A stretch of 61,284 nt of DNA, counting the filler, from Basidiobolus ranarum (taxonomy: Eukaryota): assembly GCA_040143965.1 (NCBI GenBank). It is 13 parts of 13 records of this genome, joined end to end, with 100 filler letters (N's around TTAATTAATTAA, not from the genome) between each part and the next. Parts side by side here need not be neighbours in the genome. Positions count along the whole stretch, not along the records: positions 1 to 4,639 come from JASJQH010001883.1; positions 4,740 to 9,377 come from JASJQH010001884.1; positions 9,478 to 14,114 come from JASJQH010001885.1; 10 more parts are not named here. One strand, 5' to 3'. Made by a program: the position numbers and the translations under genes. Positions 1-12,418 of the stretch are shown here, piece after piece (the stretch's first letter is position 1; every line of letters starts with the position of its first letter). Below the pieces are notes generated by a model. That model saw only the letters and a list, made by a program, of their open reading frames with translations. It ran no database searches and had not been told where the DNA came from.

Positions 1-145
1 CTTTTCTTAAACATACCACATAAGTAAAATAAACTGTTTCAAAAATGGTAAATAACATCGTGCCGGATAGTGCCCAATCATGCCAATTTGTGCTGGCACA
101 CTTTTTAGCTGGCCTGATCTGGCTCAATAAAATGGAACAAGTCTA
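1..145 (-). mobile_element. Terminus of a TIR (hAT-like) non-autonomous DNA transposon
   Basis: Reverse complement is nearly identical to 8910-9054; it begins TAGACTTGTTCCATT at 145. Confidence 0.6.
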
Positions 146-147
146 AT

Positions 148-870
148 ATGGCAGGGTATCCACCAGATAGCTGGAAGAATGTTGATTCAGCAACATTTAT
201 AAAATGGTTGGCTCTGATGAAGTTGTTGATACAAACTTGTGTTGGATATGAGCTAAACCTTGGGTATGAAGAACTCTATAAAAATATTGAGGAGAATATT
301 TCAAAGAAACTAGGGATATCAAAGGTGACAAATTAGTGTTCCAGCGGTAATGTGTAAATTTTGAGTTATGTTTTTTGCACATGTGTTGATCCAAGTTCTG
401 TGAAGTTGTAGCCAATCAAGCGCATTTATTTTGCAAGATCTTGAAATTTCACTTCTGAAACTGAAAAATTTGAATAAAATCAAATGTTACTTGATAATTT
501 TATGATGATAAGTAAATGGTCAATCCAATATGGATTAAAATTGTGATGGTTTTCCTATGATAACAATCCTCAAATTTCTGTTAGGGATCAAGGAAACTAG
601 GGATTTTGAATGTGACAAATTAGTGTTCAAGTGGTTAATATGTAATGTTTGAGTTATGTTTTTTGCTAATGTGTTGATACATATTTTTCGGAGATTTTTG
701 TCAACATACGCAACTATTTTGTGAGAACTTGAAATGTTACTCCTGAAACTGACAAAATTGATAAAAGTAAATATTGCTTTACAATTTTGTGATGGCAAGT
801 AAATTATCAATCCAAAATGGATCAAAATGTTGACAGTTTTCTTACAACACCAATCCACAAATTTCTGTCA
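148..870 (+). repeat. Degenerate repeat family, transposon-derived coding remnant
   Basis: Related copies at about 150-535, 500-870 and 1540-1970, plus an inverted partial copy at 2446-2497. Many stops and few CpGs. Confidence 0.6.
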
Positions 871-1970
871 GAGATACTTGATTCAGAACATTCCCCACTG
901 CATCTTTCATAATGCTCAGAGATAATAGGCCCATGCTATACATTTTGGGAGTTCACAATGGAGTGTAACTGTGCTGAAATGATGTGCAATGTGAAACTGT
1001 CAGTGTTACCATATGCAAATCTGATTAACAATGTATCAGCACAATCAGGGATAGATGTAATGCAATGGGTTAAAGATACTCTAAACTATATTGACCTTCT
1101 AGCGCAGGGCTCCATTCAATGTGCTTGTGGGTTTTTGCATTGTTTGAGCACAACAACAGCAACAAAACCCAATTTATGGACACATAGTAAATATCTCAAT
1201 AATTTGGACTATTTTGTTTGTGTGATAATCTGACAGTATTACTAGGAAACCTGAAAGACAGACTTCTTGGTGAGATAGATTAAGACACAAAGTATTGTTT
1301 TTTTGACCATGGGGTAGTCTATCCAAGCAATGATATATCTATTTGTGGGCAGATATCTGTTGACCACAAGTTGTAGATATTTTGGCTAGATTCTTTACAA
1401 AAACTTGCCAAACTCCAAGAGCTTATTTTCATTGTTAGTGGTAACAAGCATCAGTTATTTTCCCAGTATGAGTGCCACTCTAAGTTTCAGATGTTTAGCA
1501 GTTTTTCCACCATTTGTTTAAGTAGAGTGGCACAATATTACAGTGTTTACACCCAATAGCTGGATGAATGTTAATAAAGCTGCGTTAATAAAATGGTGGG
1601 ATTTGATGGAGATAAAGATACAAATTTGTGTTGGATATGAGCTAAACCTTTTGAATAAAAACTCTATAAATATTTCTATGAAAATATAGCAAAGAAACCA
1701 GGGATTTTGAAGGTGAAAAAATAGCATTCAACTGGTTAATGTGTAATATTTGAGTTCCGTATTTTGCACACATCCTGATCCATAGTTTTGTGAGATTGTA
1801 GCCACTAATATGCAGCTATTTTGGAAGATCTTGAAATTTCACTGATGAAACTAAAAAAAATGATTAAAATTAAATGTAACTTGATGATTTTTTGATGCTA
1901 AGTAGATGTGCAATCCAGAATGGATTTAAATTGCAATGGATTTCTTACAATCACAATCCTCAAGTTTCCG

Positions 1971-2430
1971 TTATTGTAGAGCCATTACTTGGCTCTGAAA
2001 CTTGAGTGGCAGTATATTCAGGACTCTACCACTGATATCCAGATCAGTAGTAGGTACTTCAATGCATTGCATTTCATTCACTGAAATAGTGAATCTGTTG
2101 ATTAGTGATTCCATATCTGTTCCTAACTTTTTTAAGTTAAAGAATTGTCTTCTTAAAAACATCTTGTTGGCAGCAGAAACATGTTTAATAGGTGGTTTTG
2201 AGGCTTTCCTTACCTTCTTGGCATTTTGAGCCCTTGCCATTGAGTTAGCAATTTGTCTCTGACATTAAGACAATTTATGTTAAAGGCACCATGTTTTTTT
2301 CCAACCAATAGTAAAGTTTTAGTTTCTGATAGTTTTGCATAGTCTTATTCTCCTTCAACAGCTTCACTTACTGATTTATTGAGTACAAAGTTGACATTTG
2401 TAGTTTTACCAAGATGTACACAAAGTTATT
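1971..2430 (-). mobile_element. Ty1/copia remnant: LTR fragment plus gag (UBN2-like)
   Basis: Translation AANKMFLRRQFFNLK...NEMQCIEVPTTD matches the gag at 46900-47160. 2370-2430 is the reverse complement of part of the LTR at 46560-46625. Confidence 0.75.
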
Positions 2431-3159
2431 TGTACACCATTGTATTAACGTTGCTGAATCAACAATCTTCCCACTATTGGGTGGATACCCAGCAATATTG
2501 TGCCACTTGGAATTAAGTTCTTCCCAGATATCTGCTCAATGAACACCAGACTGGGTGTCAAGTCAAATCTTCTTTTTCTGTATTCACCTGCTTCATACTT
2601 GCACTGCATTTTTCCATATATATTTTTGAAATTACTCTTTGGCACTTTAAATATTTTTGTACATCCTTGTAATGTGATACTAACCAGTGTGCCATGCAGA
2701 GTTTGTGATGCTTTTGCTTGCATTTTTGTTTGGAGCTATTTTGAACACTTTGAAAAGTACCAGTTGAGGTTGGAGAGCTATGAGCTTTATTAGATGATGT
2801 TTTAGCTTCTTGATAGGTGCCAGGTGTTGTATATACTTTTAACTTTTGAACTCTTCCAACTATTTTTCTTAGCTACATGGTAAAATCAAGCCTTTCAACA
2901 GTATATCTGCTGGTATATCCAACTCAGGAAATATTGGTCTTTGTAATGGCAGGTGGGATAGTTGAGCCACAAATCACTGGCTCCTTTGCTTTACCCTTGA
3001 GTTCACAAACTTCCTGCTCCTTGAGTACAGCTTAATATGCTTTCCTTTCTTTTTCAAGTCAATAATGGCATGCATTTAGAGGATGTACTATGACTAGGCC
3101 TATACTTGCCCATATTCCATATAAATGCAAAAAAAAGATTCCATATAAATACTGTCAGG

Positions 3160-4560
3160 TTTTCACACAAACAAATTAGTCTAAACTATAGAGGTATTTA
3201 CTCTGTGTCCATCCGTTTGGCTTTGTTGCTGTTATTGTGCTCAAACAATGCAAAAACCTGTGAGCACATTGAAATGAGCCCTTTGTTGGAAGGTTAATAT
3301 ACTCTGGAGTCTCCTTAACTCATTGCATTTCATCTTTCACCAATTTTGCTCATACATTGTTAATCATATTAGCATACAGTAATACTGACACATTCACATA
3401 GAGCATCATTTCATTGCAGGTGTGCTCCATTGGGAGCTCCCTCAATGTATAGCAAGGTCCTCTAATCTCTAAGCATTATGAAGAAGCAGCAGGGAATATG
3501 TTGAATACTGGCACAGATTCAGTGTGTCTTCTTTAAACCTGTAATAAAGTTTTTCTTATCCAATTACAAAATCTTTGCACAGTTGCTGTATCTGCCTGAG
3601 ATCTGCCATTGTGAGCTGATGCCATAAGAGTATATTAACAATATCCACAAACAACTCCCCATGTTGTCAATGCTTATCAGGCAGAAATCTTTCTAAGATT
3701 CTACTTGAATATATATAAGTCCAATACTTCCAGTCTTTGCAATTGAATAAAAAACTAGATGAGTGTATATTGATAGGAGTCCTGGTAAAATATGATAGTA
3801 TCATGCCATTTTCAAGCATTTTGCCAATTGATTCAAACTTGGATCCTATCTTGAATGGCTCATTCATGTTGAATTTTCCACTATATAGCTGAGTAAGTAG
3901 TATTGGAATTTTGTTGAATAGTAAGTGCATAGTGACTAGTGGGAAGCTCTGGCTCCAGCCAATCCCCTTTAGCAATATAAGCTTAGGCTTATGGCTAATA
4001 CCAAGTTTGATGTGAGACTGACTCTTTGGCAAATTGATATTAGTGATCATATTGAAATCTGACTGGCCTCTTGATGGTAAAATCATGAAGTTTAGTTTTA
4101 TATTTGGATAGTAGTAATGCATGTGCCTAATAGAGTAGACTTCACTGATTTGACAAAATCTACAGCAAGATAATGCATTGTGCCCATGAAAACCTCCAAA
4201 TTTACTGATGGCATGAGTGTCACCAATACACACAATGATATTAGCTATAATAAGATATTCACCCATTTGAAACCCACTAAATAACCATTCAAATTCCGCA
4301 ATTATAGGCTCCCAGAAGCTCTCCATAGGCACTGGTGATTTAGGTCCAGATATGATGGAGAGTATCAAAATATTATGACTGTTGCACTGTTCAGAAGGAG
4401 GAAGATTTAAGTTAATCAAATTTTTTGGCCAGCAAGCCTTTCCATCATGATATTTGTTCAGCAACAAACCATCCAGAGCCAATGCAAATGCATGATCATA
4501 TGTGTTTGCAAAGAAACCCGACCTTTGAGCCAATTTCCTAGCACTGTACTATTCAAGGCT
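3160..4560 (-). mobile_element. CACTA/EnSpm-type (Tnp2, Transposase_21-like) transposase pseudogene
   Basis: ORF 3667-4533 has ALALDG...CWP...NLNLPP...ILILSIISGPKSP...FWEPIIAE and GDTHA...GHNALSCCRFC...MHLLF motifs; it is disrupted at both ends. Confidence 0.8.
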
Positions 4561-4639
4561 GGTTATTCATCTTTTGCACTGCATTGACTTTGCTTTAAGA
4601 TCTTCCCATACTCATTGTTACTTGGCCCCATTTGTATTC

Positions 4640-4739
4640 NNNNNNNNNNNNNNNNNNNNNNNNNNNNNNNNNNNNNNNNNNNNTTAATTAATTAANNNNN
4701 NNNNNNNNNNNNNNNNNNNNNNNNNNNNNNNNNNNNNNN
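4640..4739. other. Artificial contig-joining linker (first of 12)
   Basis: N44-TTAATTAATTAA-N44, with stops in all six frames. The same linker occurs at 9378, 14115, 18850, 23579, 28306, 33027, 37745, 42457, 47168, 51877 and 56583. Contig lengths fall monotonically, so neighbouring contigs are unlinked. Confidence 0.98.
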
Positions 4740-5560
4740 AATTAGAGCAATAAACACACATTTTTGAATGACAGAATTAAGTACTAAATAATCTGAATAT
4801 GAATAAACTAACTACTAAATAATGAGTTGCTATTTACCTAATTTCAACAATTTCAACATTCTGACTCAATTAGTTATATTGTATCTCTCTTATACCCAAC
4901 TTTTGTCATAATAACTCAAATTGTGCTTTAGCTAAAGGTTTGGTTAAGATGTCAACAATTGCTCCTTCAGCAGAGCAATAGACATGTTGAATTACATCAC
5001 TCTCTATTGCTTCTCTAATAAAATGATACCTAATATCTTTATGTTTTGTTCTGGCATGGAAAGTCAGGTTTTCAACTAATGAAATACAACTTTGATTATC
5101 TTGAGGTACAGTAATAGCATGCTTTTGGATGTATCCTAAGTTAGGAAATAAATTGATAAACCACATAGACTCTAGCGTACAACCAGAGGCAGCTATACAC
5201 TCTGCTTCAGTAATGGAAAGTGCCATGGTTGGTTACTTCATACAATTCCAAGTTATGGCTCCTTTGCTAAAGAGAAAGATGTAGCCAGGCATAGCCAGTT
5301 GGTGATCTTCTGCCATCAATGGTTCCGCCCCAGTCTTCATCATGATAGCCTGCAAAAGTATCCACATCAGGCATGCCAGAGAATTTTGGAAATAGATAGA
5401 CAGTTCCTGTCAAATAGCAAAATATTTTTTTACTGCAGTTTGTGCTCAGATCCTGGATATTTGGATATTGGCTGACAGTTCCCACAGCCACAGCAATATC
5501 TGAATGTGTGCAAACCATTGTATACATTAAGCTACCCATTATTGGTTCATGAGAGAACTC
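4740..5560 (-). mobile_element. Ty1/copia RT-RNase H 3' end with start of the 3' LTR
   Basis: GSLMY..VCTHSDIAVAV, DWGG..DGRRS.TGY, ALSITEAE..AAS, DNQSCI, HARTKHKDIRYHFIRE and DILTKPL motifs. 4740-4849 is the reverse complement of the TGTTGAAAT-started LTR at 54041. Confidence 0.9.
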
Positions 5561-6079
5561 CTGGCTTTGATTTGCATTGACTTTGGGCCATAGCTGATAA
5601 AATTTTGATTAATTCAAAATGATGTGAATATGGCTATAATATATAGAAGTATCAATTATATCACTTTTATCAATTTTACTATTGTTCACAAAACCTCTCC
5701 AAATCTCCTCAAATTCTTGCCTATTGTCTACAGGCATGTTTGTTATGATCTAAGCACATCCAGCAGTCCTATTTGACAGTCAACTTTAATAGGGCATACT
5801 GAATTCAATAACTCTAAAGTGTCTGATTCTCAAATTCTAATCTTGTCAAAACACTTCCAAATCCCATAAACACATTTATCAGCCATGTTGGTGGGAACTG
5901 ACAGCCAATACCTGAGAATTTCAGGATTGGAGCACAAAACTGCAGTAAAACAGTTATTCAAGTATTGAATAGGAATTGTAGATCTAGTTCAGGAATACTC
6001 TAGTGCTCCTGATGCATGAATTTTGAATACTACTGTGATGCAGACTTTGGAAGAAACCTTGATGATAAAATATAAACAA

Positions 6080-6750
6080 CTAGGTATGCCTTTCTTTATG
6101 GTAATGTGGTTAAAACTTGTAATAGTAAGAAGCAACGAACCAGAGCATTTTCTGTAACCAAAGCAGAGTATATGGTAGGCTCTGTTACCACACAAGATGT
6201 TCAGACATAGACAGAGAGATTTGAAGGTAAAGATTTCAATCTTTGAAAGCTTAAGACTCAAATAGTGCTGGAAGGCAAGGACCTTTAGGTATTCATTAAC
6301 AATGGAGAAAAAAGTCAATTGGACCACCAAAAGTTATCCTTCACTTTCACAAGAAGCAGAGGACAGATATCTCCACATTGTGACTTCATCTGAGAGACCC
6401 TCACATCAGGCACATACACTGAGCTGAAAACCTACAAATCCTTTGTAAACATTCAATAGACTATTTGAGGCTTAAAGTTTAATTCTATATTTCAGATAGA
6501 CATCATTTGCACTTCAGGAAATTTTTTGTGAGGACATGGTTAATCACATGAAGTGGACACAAGCTGGGGTAGATCTACTTGAATGAAGCATCTCTAAAGT
6601 AAGAAGCTATAGTTATGATACCACTTAGTAGCCTGCCAAACATGTTTGAAAACCTCATAGTTGGCCTAGAATCAGGGTCAGAGTTTTAAAAATAGAATAT
6701 GTTGGTGCTGGCTTATAAAACAGATATTAGGATGAATCTAATCTGGGCAA
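6080..6750 (+). mobile_element. Highly decayed Ty1/copia fragments (RNase H start and gag)
   Basis: KKQRTRAFSVTKAEYMV near 6127 and SSLPNMFENLIVGLES near 6625 resemble copia RNase H and the gag at 54443-54865. Confidence 0.55.
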
Positions 6751-7559
6751 AATATTGCAAATCAGGATTGATTTGGACTTGTCAAACAGCTAACAGCCCT
6801 AGGCAATGGTGCCTTTACTTGTCTTTACATCATTAGCAAGTATTGTAACAAATCAGGTGTTAACATAGTTGGTTGACAGACTCTGTTTCTCAAATGTAGC
6901 CCAGAATCAGCTCTTTGATGATCAAACAACAGTTAAGGGACTGATCTTTATGCTCAGCCAGGCTGGAGACAGTATGAAAGATTGGAAAACACCAAATTAG
7001 TTGCAAGGATTTTGGGTCAAAACATATGTAGGCTGAACATCAACAAAGTGCATTGTTAGCTTGAAAACTTGACCAAAACTGGTTCAACAAGCTGTTGAAT
7101 AAGGAATGGAGGATCAGAACCCATTAGGAAGCAGAATTGACCCAAATGGCTTGAAATCAGCTTTCTGAGGTGTAGAAATAGAAAGTATTTCCAATTTAGA
7201 TCTTTTGTCATGTTACATATATTTAAGCATCACATATTGCCTTTTCAAGCTCTGTAGAGTGTAAATATAACCAGAATTGTGCCCTGTTTCTTTCTACCAT
7301 ATATGGGTCTTTGAAAAAAAAATCATTTAATGGTTTTGTAGCTTTTGAGCCAGCCACCACAAGGAATTGCTAATGATAAGCAGGACTAGCCATGTCAAGA
7401 AATACAATGAGTATCCCAGTTGAGCAGTTCCTTTGAAGAGTTGATAGAAGTCCTGGAACTTGAAACTTTCAGCTAGAAGAAGGGTTTGGAGCCAGAGGAG
7501 CTCAAGATGCCAGCCGGCAGCACTATGCAGCCACATATCCAACCAATACAGCCTTCAGT

Positions 7560-8680
7560 AGTATTGTAACAGGGTTAGAGCATATATGCACATACTTGAC
7601 AGATTAGATATAACTCAACAACATCAATATGCCTTACCAGCATATTATGTTGGAAAAATTGCTAATCATCTGATATTTCAAATAGCACTGACACTTGGCA
7701 AATAGCTGACTCTTGTTACCATTCACAATGAGAATAAGTTCTTGGATTATGTCATATTTTTGTAAAGAATACTGCAAATATATCCCCAACTTGCGGTCAA
7801 CAAGTGTCCTGCCACAAGAGGATGTGTCACTGCTTAAATAGATTACCCCAGGGATAAAACTATAATACTGCATATCTTGATTTATCTCACCTCAAGTCTG
7901 TCTTACAGCTTTCTTAAAAATACCATCAGATTATCACACAAACAAATTAGTTCAAATTATAGAGGTATTCACCCTGTTTCCATGCATTAGGCTTTGTTGC
8001 AGTTATTGTGCTCAAACAATGCAAAAACCCATGAGCACATTGAGAAGAGCCCTTTGTTGGAAGGTTTATATACTCTGGAGTCTCCTTAACCCATTGCATT
8101 ACATCCATCACTGATTTTGTTATACATTGTTAATCAGATTAGCATACTGAAATACTGACAGTTTCACACGGAGCATCATTTCACCACAGGTGCACTCCAT
8201 TGGGAACTCCCAGAATGTATAGCAAAGGCCTATAATCTCTAAGCATTGTGAAAGATGCAGCAGGGAATGTATTCAATTCTGGCATAGATTTAGTCTATGT
8301 TCTTTCAACCTGTAATAAAGGTTTCACATCCAATTACAAAATCTTTGCAAAGTTTGTGCATCTGCCTGAGATCTGCCAATGAGAGTTGGTGCTATAAGAA
8401 TATATTAACAATATCCACAAACAACTGCCAATGTTGCCAATACTTATCAGGCAGAAATCTTTGGAAGATTTCACTGGTATATATACAAATCTAATACTTC
8501 CAGTCTTTGCATTTGAATAAACACCTAGATGAGTGGATATTGATGTGAGTCTTGGTAAAACATGCTGGTATCTTGATGTTTCAAGCATTTTCCAAATCAA
8601 TTCAAACTGTGATCCTATCTCAAATGGCTCATTCATATTGAATATTCCACTACATAGATGTGCAAGTAGTATTGTAACCT
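7560..8680 (-). mobile_element. Second decayed copy of the CACTA-like transposase C-terminal region
   Basis: 7935-8670 aligns by eye with 3160-3900. 7630-7860 aligns (inverted) with 1310-1510 and 52650-52850. Confidence 0.75.
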
Positions 8681-8909
8681 TGTGTTTTCCACTTGTACCA
8701 GCTCTGGAGCTAGCTACAGTTGCCAATCAACTATGGTAAAAGTGCAAGTAAACCAATAAATACCTGGTTGCCAAGATTGGATTGAACTCTCCACTCCTCA
8801 ATAATCAAAGCTGCTTCCTTTACAGTAAGTGTTATGAGTGGACTAATGTTTGCCAATAGCAAAGAGTATGTAACAAAACCATTGTCTTCTTCTTCAACTT
8901 TGGATATAC

Positions 8910-9335
8910 TAGACTTGTTCAATTTTATTCAGCCGGATCAGGCCAGCTAAAAAGTGTGCCAGCACAAATTGGCATGATTGGGCACTATCCAGCATGATGT
9001 TATTTACCATTTTGGAAACAGTTTATTTTACTTATGTGGTATATTTAAGAAAAGTACTTTTAGACATTATTGCACATTCAAAAGATGATGAAAGCTTTAT
9101 TCATAGTGTCTTAAGTCTAGAGCTCTCAATGGATATCTTTGAGTATGGATGTATTGAGAATTAATCAAGATTTTGACTACTTTGCCTAACTTTGATTGAG
9201 GCCCACAAAATGATTTTCCTCTATACTTTCCTGCTACAATGCTATATCTCTTTAGGAAACCAAAGCCATGTTGTACTCTTGCTCTAAAATGGGAAAAAAT
9301 GTCAATATAAAGCTTTTGCCTCTCTGTGAGTATCC
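8910..9335 (+). mobile_element. Left end of hAT-like non-autonomous element
   Basis: Starts TAGACTTGTTCAATT. Homologous to 1-145 (inverted) and, further in, to 28711-28950. Confidence 0.55.
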
Positions 9336-9477
9336 CTCCTTTAGGCCTCTTGTAAGCAGTGACACATCCTAGCCTTCNNNNNNNNNNNNNNNNNNNNNNN
9401 NNNNNNNNNNNNNNNNNNNNNTTAATTAATTAANNNNNNNNNNNNNNNNNNNNNNNNNNNNNNNNNNNNNNNNNNNN

Positions 9478-9569
9478 GGGGAAAAACCACCTGGTCCAGG
9501 AGTGATATGAAGTGGATTGAGACCACTCATAAGATGACCACTTCCGTAATTGCCCCCGTTATTGTACAT
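9478..9569 (-). CDS. Possible 5' end of an unknown gene, cut by the contig edge
   Basis: Open from ATG at 9569 to the contig edge (MYNNGGNYGSGHLMSGLNPLHITPGPGGFS); no recognisable domain. Confidence 0.3.
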
Positions 9570-10816
9570 TTGATCTCTCTATTTTGGAATAGTAAAAGAT
9601 TGGGCTAAGAGGAAAATTGTAAAGGTAAAAGTATAAAAATATCCTGGTGTAGTACACGCTTTTTTGAAGCCTAAAAACGCAAGTGTCGAAATAACCCGAG
9701 AGTTGATAAGAACCAAATAGTTTATAGCCTACAGACCAAATTCATGACTTGGTTGATGACTTGTATCATGCCTCGAAAACCACATCAAATATCCGTAGAT
9801 CTGATTGACATCATTGGTAAATTATATGCTGACAGAATACTCCAGAATGATGTATACCCGAATAGATGATCCAAAGTTAACCCCATTTACACTTGCAATA
9901 AGAAATTTCGGTTTCCTGCACTTAAAGTAGCACGATCTATCCTTTGCAAAAGCTTCAAAAGACTCTGAGACTTCCATATTTCAAGTGAGCCGGACTATAT
10001 GTTCAACGGAAAATAATGACTGTGTATTCGAGTTCTTAGACGCGTACTCAAATCAATATTGGCATAAGATTATGCTTCTTGCGTGCAAAAACATACAAAA
10101 CAGGCGGATATGCAAGCCACTTGTGTGTAACACTGGAGTAATCAATACAAATCAGATATTTCCCAGATTTACAATAAGATGCCGCTCGAGAGGCTGCCTT
10201 CCAACTAAACGGTGCGGGTCAATTTAAATTGTAGCCTAAGGAACAAATCACAGTGCATCACCTACTTTAGGCATTGGCAAGCTATTCTTAACTGGGGAGA
10301 ATCACATCAGGATTTTCGCAGCATGTATAACCATGGCATGTCGAGATCGACTGAAGGAGTTACAAAAGAAATGAGCTTGCCGCTTTGGTTGAGCATATAC
10401 TACTTTCAACTGCCTGGAACGCATCTTGCTTTTCTAAACGCCCAGTAAGGAAATGTATTTAAAGTAAACCGGTTATTAGTATATATAAAGTGATATTCAG
10501 GTGATGTCAATGTTTTGATAGAAGAGACGGATTCGAATAGTAGACGTTGAAAGGAATCCAGAATTCAGAAAACTAGTTCCTCAACGGGAATAGGCAAAGA
10601 AACGTTAATGAGTGACTTCAAATATAACATGAAACTTTTTACTAGATCTGTAACTGGCTACCCAAAACATGAGGCTTATCTCGCTAGGATTGTTGTACCA
10701 TTCGAGATAATTTTAGGGAAAAAGGGCTGAAATACAAGTAGTGTGAGTATAAATAGTCACTAACTGGCCAGAAATCATCTCAATCACTTTTTCGTGTTCG
10801 CTTTTTGCAACAATTT

Positions 10817-11724
10817 ATGTCTTCTCTTACAACTTCTATCGACTTTGAAAGCCAACTCCGGTTTTTCATAGTCGCCGTTTCCCTTCCCGTGGCGTGTAGA
10901 GATGCTTACAGATCCATCAGGATAGTGATTCGTGACGATCCAGTCATCTACAAACTTAACCTTGTGCAGACTTCTCTACTGTTAATCAACATCCTAGCCA
11001 ACATCCCATCATTCTTTGGACAGGAGACCAATTGCACAATACTCAGCATTATCACATATACCATACATTATCTCTCACTGCTTACAATCAACATCATTCT
11101 CTACATCGAGGCCTACTACTCATCCAGGCGGAACAGACTTATCGCGTGTGTATGTATACTAATACTAGCAGTTCAAACTGCTTGTCTGGTTCAAAACCTC
11201 CGCGGTGGAGAGTTTGCTCTCTCGCCCCATGGAGGATGTAAGATTCATTTTCCCACCGGTTGGAGTATAGGAATGTCAGTCGCCACTTCGGTTCTTATGC
11301 TCTTCCTCATAGGGATGTTCATTATGAACCTTTACCGACTACCAGATCTGGACCACAACCAAGCTTATCGAATTATGATTCGTGATAGCGCAATGTTTGG
11401 CTTGGCTATCTACCTCTTCGATATTTTATTTGTCATCCTGGAGGCGATTAAAATAGTGGATCCTGGAATTGCCTTGACTTTAAATTGTAAGAAGCTCTAC
11501 CGTTTATCTCTAATCTTCTCTTTTCAAATATACTAATTTGGTGTGATCATCTAGGGGTAATTAAGTCTAGGCTGATGACTGTAATGATGACCATAGCGTA
11601 TCGACGCCGTAAGTCTCATCGTAAAGCATCTCTTGGGATAGTGGAATCATCCACCGAGCTCGAAACTAAAATTAGCTATGGGGACTGTCATGCCAGTGAC
11701 AAACACTTCTGTCGAGTAATATAA
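10817..11724 (+). CDS. Multi-pass (about 7 TM) membrane protein of unknown function
   Basis: ATG at 10817, GT-AG intron 11487-11554, TAA ending 11724. Repeated hydrophobic segments and a basic cytosolic tail; TATAAATA near 10748. Confidence 0.75.
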
Positions 11725-12418
11725 TCCAGCATGCGATAGAAACTAATCTAAAGACTTGCCCAGACGCTCTTATATATATTCTTTACTCTTTCGTGTAAAT
11801 AAAAGTTTCCATCTCTGGTGATTTAACTTACTCTCTATATTTTTCGATCGATGCGTTGTGGGGTTCTTCAAACTGAATGCCTAGATCAATGCATAGCAGT
11901 ACGAAGGTCGAGACATACAGCCCCTTGGTAAAATAGTAACAAAAGGCAAGTTGTACCATCCGTGATTCCAGTATTGATCCAATAGGGATTATAGCAATGC
12001 TTTGAAAAGATCTTCCGAAATTATGGAGGAATTAGGCCTCGCGGAGAGTGATGTGGGGATTGAGTGTATTCAAGAGGTATTGCTAGAGGATCTGCGAGGT
12101 TCTTTCGAGTTACACGATACTTCGGTCGAGATTAACATTCCGATGAAACGTCCGTGGAATTTCCCACAATAAATCGGAAATGGGAGATTCGATCTTGGGA
12201 AACTAATGAAAGTCAGTTAATGACACAAAAATGAATCAATATTGCATATTATTATGAAATGCTTGTGTATGTTATTTGATGGTTATTCTTTTTATCTGTT
12301 ACGGGGGGTAGGGGTGATTTTATAGATGTGGCGTGGAGGATAACAGAAGAGAAAAGAATGGCTGCGCTGTATATTATAAAAAATGATGTGATTTTGTAAC
12401 ATGAAAGGTGATGGTTAC

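Noticed and set aside
4684-4695. Recurring TTAATTAATTAA palindrome every 4.7 kb or so
   Set aside because: Always centred in N runs; an artificial six-frame-stop linker.
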